A program made the position numbers and the translations under genes. Of a DNA stretch of 64,000 bases, positions 12,401 to 26,580 are shown piece after piece (the first letter of the stretch is position 1; each line of letters opens with the position of its first letter). This DNA is from Chrysomallon squamiferum (Eukaryota > Animalia > Mollusca). The stretch lies in contig CM022679.1 in the NCBI GenBank assembly GCA_012295275.1, forward strand, positions 26,598,001 to 26,662,000. Direction: 5' to 3'. Under the pieces are notes generated by a model. The model saw only the letters and a list, made by a program, of their open reading frames with translations, was not told the origin of the DNA and searched no databases.

Positions 12401-15400
12401 GATTTTAACTTGAAACAAGAAATAAAATTTGAAAAAAAAAATGTATTTAAATTTCACTTTTCTTTAGACATACACTCTTTATTTCTTCCCATATCACTAA
12501 AAAGTAATAGAATGTATTTTCATACTACATTATAGTAAAAAATACTAAAACCCTTTTCAATCATTTATCCTCCTGACACTAGTAAAAATAACACAATAAT
12601 TATTTTTCTTCTTTTTTATTTTTTAAAAATATCACTTTTGTTTTAAATTCTTTTATTTTTATTTTTCAGCATCGTTTATAGTTAACTTCACAACGGGTAA
12701 CATAAGGAGACACTTGCGTTCAAGTCTCACACAGAACTCAGCCTGTGATAGTCAGCACGAAGTCTGCGTCACAGATGTCAGCTCACAGACATTCCAGCAT
12801 GTTGTGATGGCAGAAGATAAGGTATTTGAAGTTTATTGTTAAATATATATATATATATATATTTCAATATTTATTGGAATATTTCTGCATATTTGTGTAT
12901 ATTTGTGTGTGTATGTATTTTAGAAATTCTGCATACATTTGTATATAATTTTGTGTGTGTGTGTGTGTTTGTGTTACTGCCTGTTAGAAAGTGAACAATT
13001 GATGTAGGTACATATTTGTGTCAGTGGGTGTAAAATGTTGTTAAAGAATGAGTCCTTGACAAAATGTTTGTTGAAATGAATAATACTGGTACTATTTTAT
13101 TTATACATATATGTATATTGTGGGGTTTTTTTTATTACTTCTACTACCAGTACTACTACCAATACTACTACTACTACTACTACTACAGCTGTTACTACTG
13201 TTGTTCTACTGGTTCTACTACTAATATTGCTACAACTTTCTACTGCTACTTTGTTTCTGAATGATATACTTTTTTAATAAGTGTGTGTGTGTGTGAATTT
13301 CAGATACTATTATTAATAAAAAAAAGAGAAACAAATTAATAATTAAAGATGGCAGCTAAATCTACAAATCATTTCATTTTTGTAATATAAATAAATAATA
13401 AGCATAATAATGGAAATGAAATAATTAACTGTAATTCAACAGCAGAATTTAATTAATGAATATTTACTTAATGGCTGAACTTCTGAATCACTGTTGCTTT
13501 CACGACATATTTATCTTCAGGCTAAGTTGAATTTAGTTTTGTTTATTATTAAGAAATAAATATGTAAATCAATTAGTTTGTTCAAAAATGACTCCTCAAA
13601 CTTTTTTGTATTATTAGTTATTAAGCCTCTTTATTGTTTGGATCAAGACATTTCCAGACATAATGAAAACAAGATAAACAAATACTTGCAAACTGAAAGC
13701 TTCTAAGTGTAAAATTATATTTGAAGAAGTGAGAGAGTGACAGAGAGAATGAGTCAGGTAAGAGAGAGACAGACAGAGAGAGAGAGAATATGAGATATAC
13801 TGTGAAAAAACAGGAAAATGTAATATATTATTATGATGATAAATGTAAGAAATCAAGTCAGTGTTGGTAGACTAAGATATAGTCTTACTTACTAAGGAAT
13901 CAGTTAATAAAGACAAGAAAGTCTGAACCAAAACTCTTCACACACCAGTCAAGAAGTCTGCATATGTGGAAGTCTCTTCATTCTTTTTACAGTATACAGC
14001 TACATCACAGCTACATCACAGCTACATCACAGCTACATCACAGCTGCCACAATATTTTAATGTTCAGTTTCTACATAAAAAAAACCTTTCAGATTCCTCA
14101 GTGCCAATGAATTAATTATTGAATCAGTTTCAAAAATAGACTACGGTTGTCTTCCCAGAACAATAAGGAAACATCCATATTTATATAAAGTCTTATCATT
14201 AAATCATTGTAAAAAATAAAATAAAATAAATAAATAATTATACAGTCAGACATTTTGCCTTCTAGTTCTGTTATCACTGACAAAATGCACAAAACCAAAC
14301 GTTCATATTTTTCTTAACTAATGTAACCTTCAGGGCATTTACATTTTTTATGACTTCTACAATTAAAATTAAAATAATCTTTGGGACTGCAATAAACCCT
14401 TTTTCAGTTTTGAAACATAATCTAACCTGACAATCATGGCTTCCATGTTGAACATAATTAAGGTTGACGTAATCTTCAGGACAGTGACAAGGTCAAACAG
14501 AGAATACCTAACCAGACCATCATGGCTTCTATAATTAAATTTAGCATAATCTTCAATTCCAATGTCAGAAAAAAAAAAAAAAAATTCAAACTAGAACATT
14601 ACAGTTTATGTAATTAAAGTTATCATAATGTTCAGAATTATGACAAGTTCTTTTCCGGTGTTTAGAAACACAGTAGCTAACCAAACCAACCTGACTTCCA
14701 TAATTACAATTAATGTAATTTCAAGTGTGTGACAAGGTCAGGCAGAGAGCATCTAACCAGACCATCATGTCTTCCATAATTAAAATTAACATAATATTCA
14801 AAGCAATGACAAATCATTTTCAAGGTAATAATAATAATAATAATAATAATAAGTAAATAAATATTTCTAATCGGAGCATTACGGTTTTAAGGCTGTGACT
14901 AGATTAGGCAGAGCTTATTTAACCAATACCCATCCAGGCTTACATAATTAAAATTAACATAATATTCATAGTTGTGACAAATCGATTCCGAGGTGAAAAA
15001 GAAAATAATAATAATAATTTCTTACTGGAGCCTTTCTGCTTCTGTAATTGAAGTTGACATCCTCAAGGCTATGGCAAGGTCAAGCACAGAATATCTAACC
15101 AGACCATCATGGCTTCCATAATTAAAATTAACATAGCATTCAAAACTATGACAAATCATTTCCAAGGTTTTAAATCGGGGGGAAAATTACTACTTCTGTA
15201 ATTAAAGTTAACATTTCTCAAGGCTATGACAAGGTCAAGCACAGCATATCTAACCAGACCATCATGGCTTCTTGTAATCAACGTTAACATCATCATTTCG
15301 AGGGCAGTGACAGATTGGTGTGTGGATGTTGTGTCAACACTTTTAGCAAGTACACACTAATGCGATTACGACAATGAAGATTTTGATGGATACCAATTGG

Positions 15401-16119
15401 AAAACTGCAGCAGTGAACTAAGCCTCTCATTTCCTCTGCAGGCTAAAATCAGTGCTGACCTTTGACATTGTGGGAGGTCGTTGAAGGGTCGGCATATGTG
15501 ATTGTAAATATTTTGCATAAATTGCTGATTGTCTGAATCAAGACAAATATTAATATAAGAACTTGTCTAGTGATGTCTGTGAAAAAAATAAAAAAAAAAA
15601 AAATAAAATAATATTGGATATTGCTGTATAATGTTGGTTATAAATATATGACACTAGTTGTAACGGAAATATGATCTTTTTCTTAATCTTGATTTGAGTA
15701 AAAGGATTAGCAACAATGTTCTCTGATGCTTGTCAGAATACACATACTCATCCATTTTACGTATTTATCTATTAAGAAAAAACTGAAATGTTCAAAGTTT
15801 GTAATATAAATCTCAGAATCCAGGATCAAACTGATCTGCTGTTTTTTAAATAATTTTCTATTTCTATTTTCAGCAGGTGCCTAAAATAAATAAATAAATA
15901 AATAAATAAAGATCTAACACAGTAAAAACGTTTTTATTTTCTGTTTAATATAACAACAAAAGACATACACAAAATTAAAAAGTCTAAATTTTTTTCGATT
16001 AATTATTTTTCAACAATCACATTTTATAATTGAATTCATTGTCACCTGTTTCCTAAACTCAGTCTAGTCTTATTGTGATAATGATGACAATAATAATAAT
16101 AATAATAATAATGATGATG

Positions 16120-16192
<73 letters not shown>

Positions 16193-19100
16193 CAAAAGAA
16201 AGAAAAAATCAACAATTTTAATTTTCAGTTTAATTTTTTTACATATATATTCCTTTCTTCCAATTTCAAATTTCAAATAATAAAAAAAAAAAAAAAAAAA
16301 AAAAAAAATAGAATCTCTACTTTGGAATTTTTTTCAGATTTATCAATCATATTTGCCTTCTGATTAATCCGAAGGTTGTTTTAGCTCTTTGCTTTTAATG
16401 GAATCCCCCTTAATTCAGTCTCTTTTTCTCCGACATCGGCCATATTTTATAGAACAGGTTTCCAGAGAACTGGAGTATGCTGTTAGAATGTGTTCATGTG
16501 CGAAATTAAAGGCTGTAAACATAATCTACGAAGATCAATAATTTTTTGTTATGATTGAGGTTTTTCTTATCACCACTTGTAGCGACTTCTTAAACCATCC
16601 ATTTGATTGTCTAAAAGCAAAAAGGTTTTTTGCCCACTGACACGATGTTTGTTGATGAATTAGCTGCACGGCATTCTGTTTTTGTGTGTGTGTGTGTTAG
16701 GTTTTTGCGATGAAAGAAGATAATGAATGTTTATTTAATGAAGCTGAACTGAACTGATCAAGATGGAAGCCAGGCAGTAGATTGTTCGTTGGTTAAGAGT
16801 ATTTGTGTTACAGTTGTTTAAAGTCTGAAGATCGGCCCAGTTCATTTGGTTATTATAACCTGTTGTTGTTTTTTTTTTTCCCCAATCCGGCTAGTGGCTC
16901 ATGAATTGTTTATTAAAGGTTGTGTGGTGTGGTATGTGATTTTGATCTGTGGGTAAGGTTTAAATTTTAAAAAGTTTTATATTTATTTTTGTAAATATTC
17001 ATATTGTTTATTTTTTTTCTAATTATCAGAAGACAGATAAAAGAGTATAGATTTAAATGATGGCCTTTAGAGCACACACACACACACAAAAGAAATTACA
17101 TACACATGTAACTTATTTATGCAGAAGCTAAAAACACCTCTTCATCCTCCTTTGGAAACTGCCATTATATAAACCATATGCCATAAAAAGCATGTTATGA
17201 AGACACAATATTCATTTTCTATAACATATTACATTAAATATGAGTTGATAAAGCTAAAAAATTATTTTCAAACAAAAAAAAGTATCAGAATATGACATCC
17301 ATTTTGTGAAATACAGTGCAGCTTTCAGTTTTTTATGAAAATTACTTTATTGTAAAAAAATCTGGTTGAATTATAAAACTGTATTTGGTTCACATCATTT
17401 TGACAAGATATATGAAACACATTGGCTGTTCTTTTGATGTTTGTTAATATATTCATGCATCTGGTAATTTTTTTCCTGTGAGTATGCATGTGCGTGTGTT
17501 ACATGCATGCATCTTACTTTATGAATATGCGTCTATTATTTACAGATGTGTGGGTTACCCTGTGAATGTGTATTTATTGTTGTGGATAAATGAATATATT
17601 ACAGATGCATACACCTACATCAATATGCGTTTATATTGTTTGTTATGGATATTTATTTATTTATTTATTATTCAGATTGTTTGTTTATTTGATATTTATT
17701 TATTTATTTATTTTATTTATTTATTTTGTATATTAACATAATTTGTTTTTGTTTTGATCACATATTTGTCAGTGTTGGATACCTTTTACAAAGTTTTAAA
17801 TTTTTTTCTATGTTTATGTGTATGTGTGTGTTTTTATATGTGTGTGTGTATCTGTACATGTATATATGTTATATATATTTGTATGTAAGGTGTATTATGA
17901 ATATTAATTACTATAAATATATATTTTTTTGTGTATCTGTATATGTATATATGTAATATATATTTGTATATAAGATGTATTATGAATATTAATTACTGTA
18001 AATGTTTTTTGTTTTTTTCAGGATGTGGTTGTGTTTATTTATTCTCACTGGTGTGGTTTCTGTGTCAGCGTTGCACACAACTACCTCGCATTGGCTCGCT
18101 ACTTCCTCACTGCAGACAACATCGTCTTCACCAGGTAAACAGTGAAAATAACTAGAGTAACTGGAATGAATATATACAAATGTAATCAGTGAATATTTAA
18201 CAGCATGATAATGTGTATTTTATGTTAAAGTGAAATATAAATGAACTGAGAATTGTGCCAGACAAATGAAAAAGTGTACATAAATGGACGTGAATCAAAA
18301 ATAAGTCTGTGAATATGGGACTGAATGGAAGGGGTGAATAAGAAAATATGCAATGAATAAATAAAATACGAATGAATGATGCGTAAAAGTTAATAAAAAT
18401 GAAAGCATGGATATTTAAGAATACAGTTGACAAAAATAATAATAATAATAAAATAATAATAAAATAATAATAAAATAAATAAATAAATAAATAAACTGTT
18501 GTATGTGAATTAAAGGTTAAGTATGTTAATAAAAATTGGGTTTGTGGGTCCCTCTTTTTCTTGCGTGCAAATCACAGTGTATTTATACCTACCTATATCT
18601 GTCTATCTATCTATCTATCTATCTATCTTGAACACAAAACTGTGAATCTGCTAATTCGTTGCCAGCCTTAAATAAGTTTTATTTACATTCCTCATGCTTG
18701 AAGCTTTTCTCGTTTATTACTCGCAGTGATTTATGAATAATTAAAGTAAGGGCAACCATATTTGCTGGGAAAGCACATAAACATGTCAATTACGTACGAC
18801 GGTTAATTTGTACAGCAAGCAATTTAAGTAGGCATGACGTTACACTGTTTAAATCAATCGACAGCATAAATATGTGTGTGTGTGTGTGTGTGATTCAGTG
18901 TATTTGATAGAAAATGTAATAATAGCTGAAGCAACATATAAAATCAGTATTGATTATTTTTTTTTTTTTTTTTACTCTCTTTTTTTAAAATAAGTGGGTA
19001 TCATTTTCATCTGCATCTGTCATTGTTTTCAATACCTCAGATTGAGTGTTGTATAAAATTTTCAAACATCTGCAAGAAAAAAAAAATTATAATAATAAAA

Positions 19101-22100
19101 AAAGGAAATGAGAAAAAAGAAATTGTTATTATTTTTTTTATTATTTTTAAAAATATATATTTCCAAGTGATCTGTGTTTTTCTTGTCTGAAGTAACAAAT
19201 TCTTTTAATTTTTTTATTTTTTTTTTAACTTAAATTAAAATAATGTCTAGATGATAATTGTGTTGTCTGCTGTAACTTATTATAGTGTCTGCCTGTCTGT
19301 CAGTCTGTATAACAGAATGAAAATTTTGCATAAATGTTACTTGTGAATAACCCTAACTAGATTACTGCAAGTAATGGCTACTCTCAAAGAATTTTTGTTA
19401 CAGTAAATCTGATTGGTTAAATTACACTGTTGTACCTTGGGTTTTGTTACTTTACATCTGAATGGCTAAAAATAATAGCACTACTATGTTATCACTGTTA
19501 TTTAGCTCATAATAAAGCTTTGTATAATTTGTAATATTATTGATTTTATTTCACAGATTCAATGCAGATGAAAATGATCTACCCTGGGAACTGACTGTTG
19601 ACACATATCCTGTAATTCTTCTCTTCCCAGCTGGCAGGTTAGTATCCGATGCTATGTTTTGTTAGTATCCTGTGTTGTGTTTTGTTTGTATCCTGTGTTG
19701 TGTTCTGTTAGTATCCTGCATTGTGTTCTGTTAGTATCCTGCATTACATTCTGTTAGTATCCTGTATTGTGGTATGTTAGTATCCTGTGTTACGTTCTGT
19801 TTGTATCCTGTGTTACGTTGTTTGTATCCTGTGTTGTGTTCTGTTTGTATCCTGTGTTATGTTCTGTTTGTATCCTGTGTTGTGTTCTGTTTGTATCCTG
19901 TGTTGTGTTCTGTTAGTATCTGATGTTATGTTCTGTTAGTATCCTGTCTTGAGTTCTGTTAGTATACTGTGTTGTGTTATGTTAATATCCTGTGTTGTGT
20001 TCTATCAGTATCCTGTATTGTTTTCTGTTAGTATCCTCTGTTGTTTTCTGTCAGTGTCTCGTGTTACGTGTTAGAATCCTGTGTTGTTTTCTTTTAGTGC
20101 CCTGTATTGTGTTTTGCTAATATCCAGTATACTTCACTTTAACACAGTGTCTTCTCTCAACATAGTATTGTGAATCGGATCTTTCTTATTTTATTTATAA
20201 ACAGTAATATTAAGCATTATTTGAATAAATTTCCAACACACACACACACACCCATAGTGACCCAGAACACATATAAATACAAATATACACATACAGTCTG
20301 ATTTAAAAGTACACTAATGGTACATTTCACTTTATTTTTTAAAATACTTGGAAATTAACTTGTGTCAGTTCATTGAACTTTTGTCATTATAAAACTGATA
20401 CAATTTCTTTTGATGCGTGCAATTGTTTTCTCATCTTGTTATGTCAAAATTTTATTTCATTTTCTTCACTTTGTCTAAGAACATTCTCAAGAGACATGTT
20501 TGATTCAGGAGGTGTCAGCATTGTTTGTTTCATCTGTTCTGATTGGTCGAAATATGTGAAAATTTTGTAAATTTAACTGGCTAAAAATAGACACAATAAT
20601 ATAGTTAAGTTTTGGTGTTTTTCTTAATATAAATACATATATATATATATATAATTGGTTTAGATATTTCTTAGTATGTTTGTTTTGTTACACTTCAAAG
20701 TATGTTTTAAAATATGATTGGCCTTAGTTTTCTTACTGTAAATCTGATTGGTTCATATTAAACACGTGTTTAATTACTGCATATGTGATTGGCTGAAATC
20801 TGTTACAATGTCGCAGTCAAGACTTTTCACAAATTATATTGGCTAAAATACAGATTCTTTTTTGGTTGTTTTTTTAATAATTTTAATTTTGATGATAAAT
20901 TTATACATAGTAAAATTCTATTTTTGATTTTAAACAGATGATTAAAAACATAGTAAGTCTGCAGATTAGAAAAAATTGTCATTTAAAAAAACAAAAAGAT
21001 TTTCTTCTTTCTTTTTACTCTGAGACAAGCCAGGTTAGCTAAGATGTACCACACTGCTGCTTGTTAGGAAATTCAGGTTTGATTTAATGCAATACATCAC
21101 CAGTCTGTTTATGTCTTCTTCAAAATCACCAATAACTTACCCTCACTGTTTGTTTGCTGTTGTTTTATGACATCAGTAGTCACTATTAAACTGTCCAAAA
21201 TTTTTATTTATTAGCCAAATAAAAAACCAGTTACGAAAAAAACAGTTTTGAAATGGCTCACAGACATAAATTTGGTTGTAAAATACATTTCAGGCCATGT
21301 CGTAGAGATACAAATTTGGTTGTAAAATATATTTTCAGCCTAGATCTTAGAGAATAAAATTTTGTTAACAAAATACTATTTTCAGACCAGTTCTTAGAGT
21401 TAAAATTTGGATATAAAATACATTTTCGAATCAGGTTGTAGCACCAAAATTGACTTGTTAAAGATGTATTTTTCAGCTGGATCATGGAAATAAAATTCAA
21501 AAAATTCAAATTTGTCTTAGTTAATAAAATGTGGTTGTAACAGTAATTAGTAAAGCCCATTTTACTGAGTGTTCTAAGTGCATAAAGTAATAAGCAGATA
21601 ACCTATGTCCAGGCCATCAGCCACATAATCATATTCCATTAGTTAATTAACGCACATCTTTCAGAGCTTTTACATTTATTTTGCACTTAATTTGCGATGC
21701 AGCTAAGTTGCATAATGTTTCCATAATGCTTAACCTCAAATAAATAAAGTAAAAAGTGAGAGTGAGAAGGAAAGAGAAAAAAAGAAAATCTTTTCTGGTT
21801 TTATTTCGCTCAAAAAGGATAAATACTTCACACGTTACCACTCGTTAATTTGGAGCCGTATGTATTGCAGAATAATAGCTAGTTAGAGTGATTGATTTTA
21901 TTTTGATTACAACAGGTATCAATAAATCATATTCCAGTTAATATGTATTTGTTTGCTTTTCATGGTTGATATGCATTTTGTGTTTTGTTGTGAAAAAAGA
22001 ACAAAAAAAATGAAAAGAAGAAAAAAAGAAAAAAATAGTGTAAAATATTGGTGTTTATTCTGACATTTTATTGGCTTGTTTCTGTTTTCATCTTTTGTAA

Positions 22101-22285
22101 GTGATTTACAGATCATTAACTCCTGATGTTTTCATTTCTTTATTATGAACTAATTGATTTATGAATATAGGGGAGAAAAAAAAGACTATTGATGAATTGT
22201 ACAATTACATTGCAGTGAAAACACACAAACAGACTAAATCCTGAGATGAAAGTGTCAGTGACACACATACACACAGACACCCTTT

Positions 22286-22332
<47 letters not shown>

Positions 22333-23228
22333 TTAATAACCTATCTGTTACCCAGTCAGACCAAACACGGTGATGTAAGTATCAATGACATACAAACACA
22401 AACACACACACACACACACACCATTACTAACCTATTGGTTACCCAGACAGACTGAACCCTGTGATGAACGTGTCAGTGACATTCAGACAGTTTGAGTAAT
22501 AAGAAGCCCAACAGCAAGAAATATTGTAAATTACATCAGATTGCTTGGTACACTATTGTCAACACTGTTATCACACTACTCATTAGTCTGTGTCTCATCA
22601 TGGTCATTTTCAAGTTTAGTATTTGTACCTTTATCATATTGCAATGATTACAGACAAAAAAACATTATTTCTATATTATTTTTATTAAAAAAAAAAACAC
22701 AACACACACACAAAACACAGAACCCATGATATTGTGTTTTCAACATTTTTAATTAAAAATCATTTCTAATACTTTACACTGTGGCGTATTTCCAGTATCT
22801 GTTAAAAGTCATTTTCTTCAGTTTTCTGAAACCATGATATCGTATTTTCATTTACAGTTGCAAAACATTATTTCTAAGTTTCAAAAAAAAAAACCCCAAA
22901 AAATGAAAAAATTAAATCCCACAAAAAAAAGAACCCATGATATCATGTTTTCAGCATTGATAATTAAAAATCATTTCTAATACCATTCACTGTTACGTAT
23001 TTTCAGTATCTGTTAAAAGTCATTTTCTCCATTTTTTTCTGACACCATATCACATACGTCACCATGGTATTGGATTTTCATTTATAGCTGAACATGATCT
23101 CCAGTTCAAAATAGGTCTCTGTCAGTCAGTATGTTTTCAGCATTTATTAACAAACATCAATTCTGATTCTCAGTTTCCTCACCATCATGTTTCGAACATG
23201 TGAAAAAATCCACAAATAATAATAATAA

Positions 23229-23259
<31 letters not shown>

Positions 23260-26200
23260 ATTAAAAAATATCTCCAATTCTCAATATTTCCAATGACTAT
23301 TGCATTTTCAACATTTATATGTATATAGTATTTTCAAAATCTCTCATAATTTTTTTCAGCATTGACAATCTAGTATTAAACGATTCTCGATAACCCAGTT
23401 TTAGTTCTCTATGTTTGCAATTAAACATTATCTATAACTCTCAAAGACCACAACATTATTTTTACATTATTTATTGTTGAACATTATCTTTTCTCATTTA
23501 CATATCTCGCACATTTATCACCGTGATCTGATGAGCTGAAAACAAGTTTCACCATTATTGCCTGCCTCCGATCGTGTGTTTAAATCCCACCTCATTTTGT
23601 AAAGCACCGCAGCAGATAGTTTTTGATTTGATACGACAGATACTCCATGGTGTATCTTGGTATCACTGTGAAGTTCAGAGACCTGCGTGTTCCTGATGGT
23701 TGGTTAACCCAAGTTGCCTAATTAGTTGAAAGCTAAGATGTCAGATTGTGTTGTTTCAAACTCACAGAGTCTCAATAATAGATGTTTTTTTATCTCTGAA
23801 GATGTTTGACTCTTTGAGTAATTGGTGTCAGATGTTTGATTTGGTCTTATGGTACTTGTGAATGGTTCTTTATTTCTTTTTTTTTTTTTTTTTTTTTTTT
23901 TTTCATTATTTTTTTTTTCTCATGAAAAACCTTTTTTTTATTTTATTTTATTTTTTTTTATAATATAATTCTTTCAAAACTGGACAAGTTACAGCAAAAT
24001 CCCACTGAAAATGATCTGATTTGTAAATATGAATACAAATAATGGCACTCAGTGGTGAGCATAATGAGATGATATCTTTTTTATAAATGTCAGAAATATC
24101 CAAACACTTGACAACGGATAATTAGAGATCACTAACAAAAAAGAAAGAAATACTTTGCATGCAAGTTTCAGCTGTAGAATTTTATTTTTAGCTTTTATTG
24201 ACTTGTTCTATTTTGTCTTAGTGGTATTAGTAGTAGTGATAGTAGTAGTAGTAATAGTTGAAGTAGTAGCAACAGTAGGAAGTAGCATCATCAACAACAT
24301 CAAAAGAAAAGCAGCAGTAGTACAAGTAGTAATAGTAGTATTGTAATAATAGTGGATGCAGTAGCAGTAGAAGAAGAAACAGCAGAAGCTGTGGTAGTAG
24401 TAGTGATAGTTGTAGTAGTAGTAGTAGTAGTAAATATAGCAGTAGTAGTATTAACAGATCAATAGCAATGAAAGTAATATTAACAGTATTAGTAAAAGTA
24501 ATAATGGTAATAAAAAATAATAGTGGTAGTAGCATAATAATAGTAGTAATTGTGAAAAAAAAAGTAATAGTAGAAATAGTAGTTGTAATGCTTGTAGTAG
24601 TAGTAGTAGTAGTAGTAGTAGAAGTAAAAACAGTAAATAAATAAATAAATAAATAAATAAGCTATTTTTAATATTTTAAAATAAACTAAAAAAAAAAAAA
24701 AAACAAAATTTCTAAAGTTGCTTAAAAGAAAAACAGTTTTGAAATCAGTAGAAGAAATAAAGATAAAATGGTGAAAAGATTGAAGTAAAACATTCAGTAA
24801 TTATACAGCTGAACTCTTTGTGAGTGTTAAAAAACTGTGTTTAAAAAGTAACTTTGTTTTCAGTGCCTGATTAAATAATCTCTGAGTCACACACACACAC
24901 ACACACACACAGAGAGACTGGGCAACATCAAACACAGAAAATTACAGTGTGTGGTTAACATACTTATTTTTTTTTTGTTCTTGTTTTGTTATGTTTTTCT
25001 AAAAGTTTTCTCTCTCTTTTGGCGTCCATTTTTATCTTCCTCATATTATTTGTGTCTTTCGCTCTGCCAGTTTTGCTTATTTGTTCATTATTATTCGTTA
25101 TATTTTCTTTTTTCTTTTTTTCTTTATTTATTTTTTTATTTCTTTGTTTGTTTTTCTTTTAAATTTATTCCATCCTTTGATGTTGTATTACTTTTTTTTT
25201 TTTTTTTCAGTTTGTTTGTTTGTTTTTCTTCTTCTATAGGGATATAAATATTCATGATTATAAAGCCAGGATTTTTCTTGAAAAGATAAAAGAAATTTAC
25301 ATTTTACTTTTAGTTTGTCTTAAATTTAGTCTTGTTAAAATTCAGGAGAAAGTAAATTAAGTGTTTATGTTTAAGGAAATAAAATTTAGAAAATTTTAAA
25401 ATTATTTTCAAAAGTTTAGAGAATAAAAATAAAATCTATAAAAAAAAAAAAATCAAAGATATATCACTCTTTTTAATATTTATGAAAAAGTAGCAGAAAA
25501 TAAAATAAAATTAAAAATAGCTGAATAGAAATTAATTTTTGTATGTTTAATATTCAGACAAAAAAAAACACACAAAAGAAAACTGGAAGAAATAACTAAC
25601 ATTTAATGCTTAAAAGAATTTTATTTTTATATATTATGTTTTATTTTATTTTATTTACTGTCATTCTTCTTTTTATTTTGTTTCTCCTTTTTTAATTTTA
25701 TATAAAAAAAATATATATTTTGATACAGATATAACAGGTATAATAATTGTCAAGTCAGACTGGTGCAAAACACATTGTAATGTATTCATCTGAAATGGCA
25801 TGATGTGCCTGCATAACCTAAAAAGTGTTAAACTGACATTAACAGTCACATTACATTAATCTATCATGACAACAGTCCAATTTAGATGACAAAAATTTTC
25901 TAATCATATTTTTCATATCTTTATCTCCTTTTTTTTTTTTTTTTATTTTTTTTTTTTTATTATTATTTTTTCCCTAAGTGTCTTCTTATTTTCGTATCAT
26001 TTGAACCAATCAAAAATTCTTTAACAAACAAGTCTGCCGAGGTTATCAGTTTTGATGGTAGAGGTATCAGTCATAATTATTAGTCAAAAGAGCATAGTTT
26101 AGAAAAAAAAAAAAAAAAAAAAAGGAAAAAAAATATGGAGTCATCCATCATGAAGAAAGTGCTATAGCAAGTAGTGTGGCTTTGTTTATGGATGGTTTGG

Positions 26201-26421
26201 CATTGGCATTCATTCTGGATGATCCATTTGAAAGTAGTTACAGTGATTATCAGCTGAGTAATGACAAGTAGAGAGCATGCTTGAGTCGTGCAGATAAAGA
26301 CACAACACAGTCACTGATGCCGCCCATTAAGAAGGAATGGAGATAATGCTTTTGTCAGATTTGTTGGGAGTTTTTAAATGATAGTTTTCATGTTGTTACT
26401 GTTATGGAGGTCCCCATTTTT

Positions 26422-26452
<31 letters not shown>

Positions 26453-26523
26453 GTTTTGTTTGTTTGATTGTTTGTGTTTGGGTTTTTTTTAAAACCTGTC
26501 GTATGTATAAAATTATATGCTCT

Positions 26524-26580
<57 letters not shown>

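Noticed and set aside
18049-18063. Possible selenocysteine in the thioredoxin active site
   Set aside because: Both codons are TGT (Cys) and the spliced CDS has no in-frame TGA.
23528-23553. Hammerhead-ribozyme-like CTGATGA...GAAA
   Set aside because: Only 3 nt lie between the two boxes, so there is no stem II, and stem I does not pair in register.
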